Of a stretch of DNA of 64,000 nucleotides, positions 47,644 to 57,351 are shown piece after piece. The stretch is from an uncultured Erysipelotrichaceae bacterium (GTDB lineage Bacteria; Bacillota_I; Bacilli_A; RFN20; CAG-826): positions 31,759-95,758 of the forward strand of contig CADCLU010000006.1 of the NCBI GenBank assembly GCA_902802355.1, read 5' to 3'. A model generated the notes under the pieces. It ran no database searches and had not been told where the DNA came from. It was given only the letters and a program-made list of their open reading frames with translations. How positions within the stretch are numbered: the first letter of the stretch is position 1; every line of letters begins with the position of its first letter. The position numbers were made by a program, and so were the translations under genes.

Positions 47644-49172
47644 TTCTTTTCTCCTTTAGTGGCTGGACGATAAACGAATTTGTTCTTCACTTGGAGTTTT
47701 TCGTAATAGCCTTCGCTGGCCAAGTGGTCCATCGAAGTACGGGCTGTTTCGTATGCGCAACGGCAGAACGACTTGTACTGCTGGATCGTGTAATAACGAC
47801 CTGGGGTGCAATGGTTCGCCAAGAAGTTGGCCTGCTTTCTGTTGAGGCTTGGGTTGGTCTCAAGGAGATAGCGGACGTATTCTTTGACTTCCTTGTCGCT
47901 CAAAGTGTTGGAAGGAACGCCGAAACGGTAGCCAGGGACGGATGGTTGTTCCATCATCATCTCCTCAGGAGTGATGAATCCACTTGGCTTAAGGGCGTTC
48001 TTCGGTTCTTTTTTCTCTATGACCTGTGGTTTTGGCTCTTCTGGAGCAGGTTCCTCGAACACCGCTGGGGCAGACTCTTCGGCCTTTTCTTCCGTAATTG
48101 GCTCTTTGATCGGCTCTTCCACAGGCTCTGGTGCTGGTGCAACTGGAGCCGGGGCGATTTCCTCTGCCCTCTTTTCCTCTTCAGGAGAAAGCGTCTTGTA
48201 TTCGCCTTTGTATTGGGTGATACGGGCTTGCTGAATCTGATCTTTCAAGTTATCGAGCAAACGATTCATGAAATTGAGGGATCCGAGGATGAAGTAAGTC
48301 AAATCGCCGTCCTTTTTGCACTCCTTGATGGATTCCATGATGGCATGGTCGCTAAGGATTCCTTCAAAAGGAAGCATGAAAGCGCTGATGCCAGAACTGC
48401 TACCGGCATAGACATCCTTGGCTAAAAGGATGGCAAGCGGATAGTTGAGATTATCGAACGGCTGAATGTATGACACATAGAAAAGAGCGGTCAAAGAGTT
48501 GATGAGAAGCTTATCGGTGCCTTTGAGCATTCCAAAGAGGTTATCCATCATCGGCTCGATATCTCTGACTGGGGCTTTATCGTAGTCATAGCCATTGATA
48601 AGCGAGATAGGACGATAGGAACTTGGGCCTTCTTCGCGGTAGAACTTGGTAAGCTCAGGAACGCCAAGAAGATAAGTGAAGGCGTCAGCTAAGAAATTGT
48701 CATCTGGCTGAAGAAGTCTCTGATCCTCTGCAAGATAATGGTCGAGGGTATGGAGATAATGGATGACCGGCGTATGCTCAGGAGCGTCTTCGCGGTAGGT
48801 TCCGTTAAGCAAAGCTCTGATTGAGATGTCGCTGATCTGCACTCCTTCATACACGGCGATCGAACGGAGCCATGGATAGAACGCGTTCTTCCTGACCTCG
48901 TATTTCGCAGCCTCATCGAGTCCACGGTAAAGCCTGAGGGTGTTATCGATCTTATTCTCGAACATCGCGATTCTGTCATTGATCGATTGGGTCAAAGTGA
49001 CATAAAGCGGCGTTCTGTTGATAAGGCAGATAGGAAGCTCATAACGGAACTGCTTCCTGTACTCCTCTTGCTCTTTCCAGAAGGAATCGACAAAAGTCGT
49101 GTTCAAAGCACGAGACAATTCTTTGCGATTAAGATACTTCTCATTGGTATAGAGATCGGTATATTTGGACAT
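47640..49172 (-). CDS. Fic-fold protein with a degenerate active-site motif, Pro/Glu-rich linker and C-terminal winged-helix domain
   Basis: At the position of HPFxDGNGRxxR the sequence is QPFDNLNYPLAI. The low-complexity linker is APAPVAPAPEPVEEP...EEPAPEEPKP. The C-terminus (YTIQQYKSFCRCAYETARTSMDHLASEGYY) resembles the wHTH found on many Fic proteins. Confidence 0.6.
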   Translation of the reverse strand: MSKYTDLYTNEKYLNRKELSRALNTTFVDSFWKEQEEYRKQFRYELPICLINRTPLYVTLTQSINDRIAMFENKIDNTLRLYRGLDEAAKYEVRKNAFYPWLRSIAVYEGVQISDISIRALLNGTYREDAPEHTPVIHYLHTLDHYLAEDQRLLQPDDNFLADAFTYLLGVPELTKFYREEGPSSYRPISLINGYDYDKAPVRDIEPMMDNLFGMLKGTDKLLINSLTALFYVSYIQPFDNLNYPLAILLAKDVYAGSSSGISAFMLPFEGILSDHAIMESIKECKKDGDLTYFILGSLNFMNRLLDNLKDQIQQARITQYKGEYKTLSPEEEKRAEEIAPAPVAPAPEPVEEPIKEPITEEKAEESAPAVFEEPAPEEPKPQVIEKKEPKNALKPSGFITPEEMMMEQPSVPGYRFGVPSNTLSDKEVKEYVRYLLETNPSLNRKQANFLANHCTPGRYYTIQQYKSFCRCAYETARTSMDHLASEGYYEKLQVKNKFVYRPATKGEKK

Positions 49173-49180
49173 ACGGCTAC

Positions 49181-49209
49181 ATTATAGACAAGTGCGCGAT
49201 TTCGCACAA
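49181..49209 (-). promoter_or_regulatory. Sigma-A-type promoter placed for a leaderless or near-leaderless transcript of the Fic-like gene
   Basis: On the minus strand: TTGTGC, 17 nt, TATAAT. Only 8 nt separate it from the ATG, and there is no SD. Confidence 0.5.
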
Positions 49210-49270
49210 CACGATAACTAAAAAACTACTAAAAATTTTAGCGATTAACTGAAATTATAAAGACGCTGGG

Positions 49271-51088
49271 CTATTTTTCGTTGCCTTCGTCAATTGATAG
49301 CAATGCCATAAAAGCCTCTTGCGGAACCTCGACGGAACCGATGGCTTTCATTCTCTTTTTGCCTTCTTTTTGCTTTTCTAAAAGCTTCTTCTTACGGGAG
49401 ATGTCTCCGCCATAGCACTTGGCGAGGACGTCCTTACGGACGCTCTTGATGTCGCTTCTGGCGATGACTTTGCCGTTAATGGCAGCCTGGAGAGGGACTT
49501 CGAACTGCTGCTTAGGGATGATTTCTTTGAGTTTGGAGACAATGGCAAGACCCCTGCCATATGCGCTCTTCCTATAGACGACCGTGCTCAAAGCGTCGAT
49601 TGGGTCGCCATTAAGGTAGATATCCATCTTGGCGAGGTCGCTTGGTCTGAATCCGTCGAGGGTATAGTCAAGCGAGGCATAGCCACGGGAAACGCTCTTA
49701 AGGCGATCGAAGAAATTGAAGATGATCTCGCTAAGAGGGATGAGATACTTGAGGGTTTCTCTCGTATCATCAAAATAGATAAGGTCTTGGTAGATGCCGC
49801 GCTTGTCTTGGCAGAGCTGCATGATGGCGCCGACATAGTCTTTTGGCGTCATGATCGAGGCCATGACATAAGGTTCCTCAATAGAGGAAATCTTCGATGG
49901 CTCAGGCATTTCGCTTGGGTTATCGATGGTCAAAACATCACCGTTAGTGAGGTTAACTCTATATTTAACGGATGGTGCGGTAAGGATGAGATTTAGGTTA
50001 TATTCCCTTTCAAGTCTTTCCTGGATGACATCCATATGGAGAAGACCAAGGAAGCCGGCACGGAAGCCGAAGCCCAAGGCTTTCGAACTCTCTGGTTCGT
50101 AGACCAAAGAAGCGTCGTTCAAAGTAAGCTTTTCCAAAGCGTCCTTAAGATCGCCGTATTTCTGTGAATCGACAGGATAAAGACCACAGTAGACCATAGG
50201 CATGATTTTGCGGTAGCCCGGCAACGGTTCTTTGGCAGGTTTGTTCTCCAAAGTGACGGTCTCGCCTGGGAAAACATCTTTGATGTCTTTAATGGTTGCG
50301 GTCAAATAACCGACTTCACCACATTCGAGAACGCCGGTTGAGAGCTCTTTCGGAGTACGGATGCCAACCTCGGTAACTGTGTAGGTCTTTCCGCTTTGCA
50401 TGAGGAGGATCTTATCACCTACTTTGACGCGGCCGTTTTTGACACGGATCAAAACGACGACACCGCGATAGGAATCGTAATAGGAATCAAAGATTAATGC
50501 CTCGAGAGGGCCTTCGCTGTCGCCACTTGGAGGCGGGACGAGTTCCACTACTTTCTCAAGCATTTCATCGATGCCGGCTCCAGTTTTGCCACTGACGCAG
50601 ACAACGTCATTCGTTGAAAGACCAATCTTGGTTTCAATCTCTTGTTTAGCCAAAGCAATATCTGCGCTTGGCAAATCGATCTTGTTGATGACCGGGATGA
50701 TCATGAGATCGTTATCGACGGCGAGATAGACGTTCGCAAGCGTCTGAGCCTGCACGCCTTGCGTTGCATCGACGACCAAGATGGCGCCTTCGCATGCCGC
50801 TAAGCTTCTGGAAACCTCATATGTGAAATCCACGTGCCCAGGAGTGTCGATAAGATTGAAAACGTATTCATTTCCGTCCTTTGACTTAAATGTCACGGTG
50901 ACGGCATTGAGTTTGATTGTGATGCCGCGTTCCTGCTCAAGTTCCATATCATCGAGCATCTGTGACGAAAGGTTGCGCTTCTCAACCGCTCCGGTGCTTT
51001 CGAGGATGCGGTCGCAGATAGTGCTCTTGCCATGGTCGATATGGGCGATGACGCAGAAGTTTCTGATGTACTTTTTGTTGAACGGCAT
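49271..51088 (-). CDS. lepA: Elongation factor 4 (LepA)
   Basis: It has [25 protein letters not shown] and a LepA-specific C-terminus. Confidence 0.96.
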   Translation of the reverse strand: MPFNKKYIRNFCVIAHIDHGKSTICDRILESTGAVEKRNLSSQMLDDMELEQERGITIKLNAVTVTFKSKDGNEYVFNLIDTPGHVDFTYEVSRSLAACEGAILVVDATQGVQAQTLANVYLAVDNDLMIIPVINKIDLPSADIALAKQEIETKIGLSTNDVVCVSGKTGAGIDEMLEKVVELVPPPSGDSEGPLEALIFDSYYDSYRGVVVLIRVKNGRVKVGDKILLMQSGKTYTVTEVGIRTPKELSTGVLECGEVGYLTATIKDIKDVFPGETVTLENKPAKEPLPGYRKIMPMVYCGLYPVDSQKYGDLKDALEKLTLNDASLVYEPESSKALGFGFRAGFLGLLHMDVIQERLEREYNLNLILTAPSVKYRVNLTNGDVLTIDNPSEMPEPSKISSIEEPYVMASIMTPKDYVGAIMQLCQDKRGIYQDLIYFDDTRETLKYLIPLSEIIFNFFDRLKSVSRGYASLDYTLDGFRPSDLAKMDIYLNGDPIDALSTVVYRKSAYGRGLAIVSKLKEIIPKQQFEVPLQAAINGKVIARSDIKSVRKDVLAKCYGGDISRKKKLLEKQKEGKKRMKAIGSVEVPQEAFMALLSIDEGNEK

Positions 51089-51110
51089 AATTGACTCGAA
51101 GAATTATAAT

Positions 51111-53465
51111 TTATTTCTTTCCTTTAGGGAAGAAACTATCTAACGACTCTTTCACTTCTTCTGGCGAGAAGGCCACCTCATATCCGCTATAGGAACGCTC
51201 TAAGACCATTCTGTACTCGTTTTGGAGGTAACGGTCATCGATCAAAAGGGCGACGCCTTTGTCGCTTTCGCTTCTAATTAATCTGCCCATAGCCTGCATA
51301 ACTTTGTTAAGGCCTGGGTTCTTATAGGAATAGTCGAAACCATTACCGTTCTTCGAATCGTAATAATCCCTGATAAGGTCTCTTTCATATGAAAGCTGAG
51401 GTAAGCCGATACCGACGATGGCTACGCCAATGAGGCGGTCATCCACCATATCGATTCCCTCGCTGAAAGAGCCGCCCATAATCAAAAGGCCGATGTGCGT
51501 TTTCTTTGGGCTCTTGCGGAAATGCTCAAGGAATTCCTGTTTCTCTTCATTCGTCATGTTCCTCTCTTGGACATAGACGTGAGCGTTCTTAAACGAGAGC
51601 CTGTCTTTGATGTTATCCAGATACTCATATGACGGGAAGAATATGAAGTAATTGCCTTTCTTTCCTGAGACGAACGTTTCCAGATATTTGGCGACTTCAT
51701 CGTAGTTTTTTGCTCTGTCTTTGTATCTGGTCGAAACACCTGGAGCAACGATGATCTTGAAGTTTTTAGGCGGGAATGGCGAAGGCAATAAGAGGTAAGG
51801 CTTGCCCTCCTCTCCTTCTATGGCATTCATGTAATACTCAATCGGCGAAAGAGTCGCGCTGAATAAGACATGTCCTTTGACCTTCTTTAAGGATTCGCTG
51901 AGCAATGGAGCCGGGTCAGGGCAATAGATCCTGAAAACGAAATCATCGCCCTTCTTCTCAGCGTAGCAAGTTAGGTGTTCAGAATAACCTTCGTAAATCG
52001 ATGTGAACGCGTGACACTCTCTAGAGAACTCTCGGTATTCAGTCGGATATGGAGCGTGCTTTTCTTTATCCAAAGACCTTTGCTTCGTGCCCAAAGATTC
52101 GAGAGCTGAAATCAGACTATCAGGCACGCCATCGAATATTTTGTGTTCTTCCGCAAGACCTTCCATAAGTGTTTTGAGTACTCTTTGGATCTTATTGAGA
52201 GCCAGTCTTAGAGTCTTGTTTGTCTTAGTTCCAATCGCCTTCTTTGCGCTTTTGAGTTCAAGAAGCGAGACATAAGCACCATACATATCGCGACCTCTTT
52301 CAACAAGGTTATGGGCTTCGTCGATAAGAAGGACGTGTTTGGATGGATCGGCCTCTTCGCCGAAGTATCTTTCAAGTTTGACGAGAGGGTCAAAGAAGTA
52401 GTTATAGTCGCAGATGATGATGTCGCTCCAAAGAGACAAATCAAGTTCCATCTCAAATGGGCAAATCTGCTCTTCTTCGGCAAGTTCGACTATATAGTCG
52501 GGCGAGAATCGTCTTCCACTCTTTATGGCCTTCTCAGTGACTGAACGAATCTTGTCGTAATACCCTTTGGCGTATGGGCAATCGTCAGGATTGCAGGAAG
52601 CACCTGGCCTAAAGCAGATCTTCTCTTTAGAAGTTAGAAGCGAATCCCTGGCACAGAGTCCTTTTTCATAAAGCTTTGTTAAGGCATCATAGGCGGACAT
52701 CGAACCGCTGTTTTTGGCGGTTAGATAAAAGATCTTCTCGGTCTTTCCTGTAGCAAAGCTCTTGATTGATGGGAAAAGCGCGCTCATCGTTTTGCCGATT
52801 CCCGTCGGAGCTTCTACAAGGAAAGTTCCTCCATTAGAGGCAACCGAATAAACGTATTTTGCCATATTCCTTTGACCAGCCCTGAATTTTTCAAAAGGGA
52901 AGGTAAGGTCTTTGGCCTTTTCGTTTCTTTCTTTAAGGTGGTTGAATTCGCTGTTCCAGAAAGCAAGATAACGGTCCATCAAGCCGCCGATATACTCTTC
53001 TATTTCCTTGATCGAATACACGGCTTCGTGGGTTGTTTTGCTGTTGTCGATTTGCGAGATGTAAGTAAGGCGGACGCCCATCTTCACGCATCCATTTTCG
53101 TGAGCGTACATTAGGGCATAGCACATCGCCTGCGCTTTATGCCATTCCTCTTGTTGCTCATAGAAGACATCGAGAGGCAAAACCGAGCTTTTGATTTCAT
53201 CAACGATCGGGAAAGGACCGCCGATAATGATACCATCGGCTCTTCCTTCGAGGTTGATGACGCCTAATGGTCTGTCAAAAGCTTCTCTTAGGACAACCTC
53301 GCTTAGATACTCGTTCCCCTGCTTTTTCTGAAAGGCGGCATGAATCTTCGTGCCAACCATCATTGTCTCTTGGTTATAGACGCGGTTGTCGATATCGCCT
53401 TTTCGCAACAAAAAGTCCACGAGATCATGAACTGATAAGGTGAGATATTGTTTCTCTTTCGGCAT
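51111..53465 (-). CDS. PD-(D/E)xK nuclease domain fused to an XPD/DinG-family Fe-S helicase
   Basis: The N-terminus has GRADGI...VDEIKS...QAMCY, which corresponds to the D, ExK and QxxxY motifs. The helicase part has Walker A APTGIGKT, DEAH (LIDEAHN) and four Cys between them (CFRPGASCNPDDCPY...ICPFE). Confidence 0.75.
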   Translation of the reverse strand: MPKEKQYLTLSVHDLVDFLLRKGDIDNRVYNQETMMVGTKIHAAFQKKQGNEYLSEVVLREAFDRPLGVINLEGRADGIIIGGPFPIVDEIKSSVLPLDVFYEQQEEWHKAQAMCYALMYAHENGCVKMGVRLTYISQIDNSKTTHEAVYSIKEIEEYIGGLMDRYLAFWNSEFNHLKERNEKAKDLTFPFEKFRAGQRNMAKYVYSVASNGGTFLVEAPTGIGKTMSALFPSIKSFATGKTEKIFYLTAKNSGSMSAYDALTKLYEKGLCARDSLLTSKEKICFRPGASCNPDDCPYAKGYYDKIRSVTEKAIKSGRRFSPDYIVELAEEEQICPFEMELDLSLWSDIIICDYNYFFDPLVKLERYFGEEADPSKHVLLIDEAHNLVERGRDMYGAYVSLLELKSAKKAIGTKTNKTLRLALNKIQRVLKTLMEGLAEEHKIFDGVPDSLISALESLGTKQRSLDKEKHAPYPTEYREFSRECHAFTSIYEGYSEHLTCYAEKKGDDFVFRIYCPDPAPLLSESLKKVKGHVLFSATLSPIEYYMNAIEGEEGKPYLLLPSPFPPKNFKIIVAPGVSTRYKDRAKNYDEVAKYLETFVSGKKGNYFIFFPSYEYLDNIKDRLSFKNAHVYVQERNMTNEEKQEFLEHFRKSPKKTHIGLLIMGGSFSEGIDMVDDRLIGVAIVGIGLPQLSYERDLIRDYYDSKNGNGFDYSYKNPGLNKVMQAMGRLIRSESDKGVALLIDDRYLQNEYRMVLERSYSGYEVAFSPEEVKESLDSFFPKGKK

Positions 53466-53469
53466 CTCT

Positions 53470-54417
53470 TTATTTGAGGAAGCAAGGGAAGGTTAATCTA
53501 GCGCCGTTAAGGAAGGCTCCCCCTGCCATCATCTTCTTGCCTTCGAGCTGGATTTCGTCAAGCGAGATAACGCCGTCCTTGAGCTGAAGGAGCAAATGTT
53601 TTTTGTTTTGGATGATTTCTCCGACCTCATGGGCTTTTTCTTCGCTGAATAATGAGGCCTTGAACACTTTGAGTTTCTTATCGCCAAGGTACAAATAGGC
53701 ACCTGGTTCATATGAAAGTCCCCTGATGTAATTGATGGTTTCTTTGACACTAAGATTCAATGGAAGGTGCTCATCTTCGACACTGATTTTCTCAGCGAAA
53801 GTAACCTTGGATTCATCCTGAGGAATGCCTTTGAGTTCGCCGTTGACGTATTTGAAAATGGCATGCTTAGCCATTTCGCCGGCAGCTGATCCCATCTTTT
53901 CGTAGAGTTCGCTGTAATTGGCGACGTTTTCAAGAGGAATGACGCTCGTTTCATAGACATCACCAGCGTCCATCTTGGACACCATCTCCATCAAGCTGAC
54001 GCCGGTTTCGGATTCGCCGTTCATTAACGCGCGCTGCATAGGCGCGGCTCCGCGATATTTAGGTAACAAGGAGCCATGGAAGTTAACCGCGCCCAAAGGA
54101 GCCATCTTAAGAAGCTCATCTGGGATTATTTGGCCATAGGCCATACAGACTATGACATCGAAGCCAAGTTCTTTGGCCCACCCATAATCTTTGCGGATCT
54201 TGGCTGGCTGAAAAACCGGGACACCGGCTTTGAGGGCGATCTTTTTGACTGGGCTAGCGGTGAGTTCGCCGCTTCTGCCGTTTGGCTTGTCGGCTTGGGT
54301 GACGACACCGACCACATTAAAGCCTTCTTCAAGCAAAGCAAGAAGTGGGTAAATCGCGATCTTTGGAGTGCCCAAATAGAGCACTTTGACATCACTTGGT
54401 TTTTCGAATTTCATCAC
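53470..54417 (-). CDS. fmt: Methionyl-tRNA formyltransferase
   Basis: It has the FHGSLLPKYRGAAPMQRAL motif and the C-terminal OB-like domain. Confidence 0.92.
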   Translation of the reverse strand: MMKFEKPSDVKVLYLGTPKIAIYPLLALLEEGFNVVGVVTQADKPNGRSGELTASPVKKIALKAGVPVFQPAKIRKDYGWAKELGFDVIVCMAYGQIIPDELLKMAPLGAVNFHGSLLPKYRGAAPMQRALMNGESETGVSLMEMVSKMDAGDVYETSVIPLENVANYSELYEKMGSAAGEMAKHAIFKYVNGELKGIPQDESKVTFAEKISVEDEHLPLNLSVKETINYIRGLSYEPGAYLYLGDKKLKVFKASLFSEEKAHEVGEIIQNKKHLLLQLKDGVISLDEIQLEGKKMMAGGAFLNGARLTFPCFLK

Positions 54418-54508
54418 TATGCCACCTCTTTCTTTTCAAATTATACTCGCCCTAACCTTATTCTTGGAATAAGATAGTAAAGATTGAACAAAGGAAATAT
54501 AAAGAATT

Positions 54509-56527
54509 ATGCCAATCAACTATAGCGAAAAAGAATGCCAGAAGTTCATTGACAGTGCTCTTGATCTCAAGAAGACCAACATGCACTTCGAGGACATCTT
54601 CAAATACATCATCACCAAAAGAGCCAACGAAAAAGCCGTCCTCTACTTCGATGAAGATGGCAAAATCCAATCTTACAATTACAAGACTTACGGCGAACAC
54701 GCCTACTATTTAGCCCGCCACTTGAGCAGTGCCTTCAAAGACCTCACCCCAAATTCCCCTGTCGGACTTAAGATGAGGAACACCCCAAACTGGCCGCTCC
54801 TCTTCTGGGCCATCCTCATGACCGGACACCCAGTCCTTCTCATCGATGCCCGCTTAGAGCATGACAACACCGAGAACCTCCTCGTTCAGGCTAAAGCCGA
54901 GGCCATCGTCGTCAACGAATTCGACCCATATTCCGTCCCATCCTTCAAACTCAACGAGATCAGAAAGTCTCCAGAGGTTGATTCTTTCTCACCAAAATGG
55001 GCTGACGAAGCCATGTTCTGCTCCAGCGGAACCACCGGCGACATCAAGATTATGATCATGACCGGCAGAGCCATCTGTAATCAGATCATCGCCTCCCACA
55101 ACATGCCTGTTGAGACCAACACTCTCATGCACCCAGGCAAAATCAACATCCTCGCGATGCTTCCGCTCCACCACATCTTCGGTTTCAGCGCCGTTCTTAT
55201 GTGGTATAGCTTCTACGGAAAGACCCTCGTCTTCCCAGCAGGCATGAGCTCAAGCGACCTCAAGACCGCCTGCAAAAAGGGCAAATGCACCCACATCTTC
55301 TCCGTTCCTCTCGTTTGGGATGCCGTCGCTCAGGGCTTAACCCGTTCAATGAGCATGGCCAACAAGAGAACCCAGAATCTCTTCAACAAGATCATCGCCT
55401 TCAACCTTGGCGAGATTACGGCCAAAGAAGCTGGAATCATTGCGCGCAGCAAATTCGCGACCAAGTTCGTCCAGAAGAAGGTCTTTGGACCGCAGGTCCA
55501 GTACTGTATCTCCGGCGGCGGCTACCTCAATGCCGACACTTCCAAGATCATCAACGGCGTTGGCTACCCACTCTATAACGGATTTGGCATGACCGAAGCC
55601 GGTATCTGCTCGGTCGAAATGTCTAAGGACGTCAAGACCAGACTGAAGTGCTCCATCGGCCACCAGCTCTATGGTGTCGAATACAAGATCAAGAGGGATG
55701 ACCCAAGCAAGAAGCAAGGCGAACTCATGATCAAGAGCGACTACCTTCACAGTGAGGAAATCATCGGTGGTGTCCGTAAAAAAGCCGAATATGAAGATGG
55801 TTTCATGGCCACTGGTGATATCGCCGAGATCGAAGAAGACGGCCGTGTTTACATCAAAGGCCGTTTAAAAGACACCATCATCGGTGCCAACGGTGAGAAC
55901 ATTTTTCCAGATGAGATCGAAACCTACTTCCAGGGAATCGAAGGCATTGAGCACGTCTGCGTCTTTGGATACAGCCGCGGAACCGACGAGAAGATCATCC
56001 TCGTTGCCGAACTTGGAAACAAAGTGGCCAGCGAAGAATTCCCAGAATTCAAGAAGAAGCTCGATGAAATCAACGACAAGATCCCAAGTGGAAAGAAAGT
56101 CGCTGAGTTCTACGTCTATAAAAAGAGCATCCCGATCTCCAACTCGATGAAAGCCAAGCGCTTCGCCGTCAAGAAGGATTTCGCCGAGCATCCAGAGAAC
56201 TTCGTCGACTTCATCGCTAAAGAGAAAGTCGAAGTCTCCTTCGAGGGATATGATGACAAAGATGTCCAGGAAACTATCAAGGGAGTCAAGAAGGTCTTTG
56301 CTAAGACACTTCTCCTTCCAGACTACAAGATTGCTAACGACGCTATCTGGAACGTTGACCTCGGAGGCGACTCCATGTCCTACATCCAGATGATCCAGGA
56401 ACTTGAGATTGCCTTCGGCGTTTCCATTCCAATGGAACTCTATGGCAAACTCGCCAACGTCAACGATTTCGCACTCGAAGTCTTGACCCTTAGGAAAGCC
56501 GCTGGAAAGCTAGGAAAGCAAAAGTAA
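54509..56527 (+). CDS. Adenylate-forming acyl ligase (FadD/FAAL-like) fused to a C-terminal phosphopantetheine carrier domain
   Basis: ANL motifs are present (SSGTTGDIKI, NGFGMTEAG, ATGDIAE, GRLKDTIIGANGENIFPDEIE, and a late Lys in SMKAKR). The last ~80 aa carry the carrier motif DLGGDSMSYIQMIQELE. Confidence 0.75.
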   Translation: MPINYSEKECQKFIDSALDLKKTNMHFEDIFKYIITKRANEKAVLYFDEDGKIQSYNYKTYGEHAYYLARHLSSAFKDLTPNSPVGLKMRNTPNWPLLFWAILMTGHPVLLIDARLEHDNTENLLVQAKAEAIVVNEFDPYSVPSFKLNEIRKSPEVDSFSPKWADEAMFCSSGTTGDIKIMIMTGRAICNQIIASHNMPVETNTLMHPGKINILAMLPLHHIFGFSAVLMWYSFYGKTLVFPAGMSSSDLKTACKKGKCTHIFSVPLVWDAVAQGLTRSMSMANKRTQNLFNKIIAFNLGEITAKEAGIIARSKFATKFVQKKVFGPQVQYCISGGGYLNADTSKIINGVGYPLYNGFGMTEAGICSVEMSKDVKTRLKCSIGHQLYGVEYKIKRDDPSKKQGELMIKSDYLHSEEIIGGVRKKAEYEDGFMATGDIAEIEEDGRVYIKGRLKDTIIGANGENIFPDEIETYFQGIEGIEHVCVFGYSRGTDEKIILVAELGNKVASEEFPEFKKKLDEINDKIPSGKKVAEFYVYKKSIPISNSMKAKRFAVKKDFAEHPENFVDFIAKEKVEVSFEGYDDKDVQETIKGVKKVFAKTLLLPDYKIANDAIWNVDLGGDSMSYIQMIQELEIAFGVSIPMELYGKLANVNDFALEVLTLRKAAGKLGKQK

Positions 56528-56536
56528 ACAAAACTA

Positions 56537-56565
56537 TTGTTTAAAAGCGTCATCAAATGTAGAAT
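56537..56565 (+). promoter_or_regulatory. Sigma-A-type promoter for rpsT
   Basis: TTGTTT, 17 nt, TAGAAT. SD AAAGGAA lies downstream. Confidence 0.55.
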
Positions 56566-56598
56566 AACTGACGCACAAATAAAAGGAATCTAAGTAAT

Positions 56599-56862
56599 AT
56601 GGCAAACATTAAATCAGAACAAAAGAGATTAGAGGTCCGCAGAAGGAACAACGAACGCAACAGCGCCGCCAAATCCGAAACCCGCACCGCTATCAAGAAG
56701 GCTGAAGCCGCTCTTGCCGCCGGCAACAAAGAAGAAGCGACCAAGCTCGTCAACGAAGCCCTTTCCCTTCTCGACAAACTCGGACAGGCCAACATCATCA
56801 GCACCAACAGTGCTCTTCGTAAAAAGGCCCACCTCAAGAAAGAACTCGGCAAGCTTAACTAA
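56599..56862 (+). CDS. rpsT: 30S ribosomal protein S20
   Basis: It begins MANIKSEQKRLEVRRRNNERN. Confidence 0.93.
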   Translation: MANIKSEQKRLEVRRRNNERNSAAKSETRTAIKKAEAALAAGNKEEATKLVNEALSLLDKLGQANIISTNSALRKKAHLKKELGKLN

Positions 56863-56883
56863 GCTTACTAAAACAATAAAAAT

Positions 56884-56906
56884 AGAGCCGTTATGGCTCT
56901 TTTTTT
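56884..56906. terminator. Bidirectional terminator between rpsT and the phosphoesterase gene
   Basis: Stem AGAGCC / GGCTCT, flanked by an A-rich run upstream and T7 downstream. Confidence 0.75.
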
Positions 56907-57351
56907 ATATCTCTTTGAAGGTCGCTTTCACTTCATTCTCAGTAATATCGAGAATCAGATAAGTGCCTTTGTCATTATCCCTTGGGAATGATAAGGAACC
57001 TGGGCAGAACGTGTAGATACCATCTTCACATCTTTGTTCCCTTACATGGGTATGGCCATGGATGAAGATCTTAACCCCTTCTGTTTCAAGAGAGGCTTCG
57101 TATATATCTCTCACAGGGTAATGCTCCATATGAAGTTTGCCATATGGGGTTTTGCATTCGTAGACGGGCTTGTAATCCTCTCTGAAATAGCCGTCGCAGT
57201 TTCCTCTGACGGCAGCAAAAGGCGAGATGCTCTCTTTTGGGGCACAGACATCCCCTGCATGTAGATAAACATCGATACCAGGCTCTCTTAGTGCAACCTG
57301 CTCTAAAGCGAAGTTGTCACCATGGGTATCGCTTACGACTAGGATTCTCAT
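56905..57351 (-). CDS. YfcE/MJ0936-family metallophosphoesterase
   Basis: It has MRILVVSDTHGD, GDV and GHTH motifs. Confidence 0.8.
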   Translation of the reverse strand: MRILVVSDTHGDNFALEQVALREPGIDVYLHAGDVCAPKESISPFAAVRGNCDGYFREDYKPVYECKTPYGKLHMEHYPVRDIYEASLETEGVKIFIHGHTHVREQRCEDGIYTFCPGSLSFPRDNDKGTYLILDITENEVKATFKEI

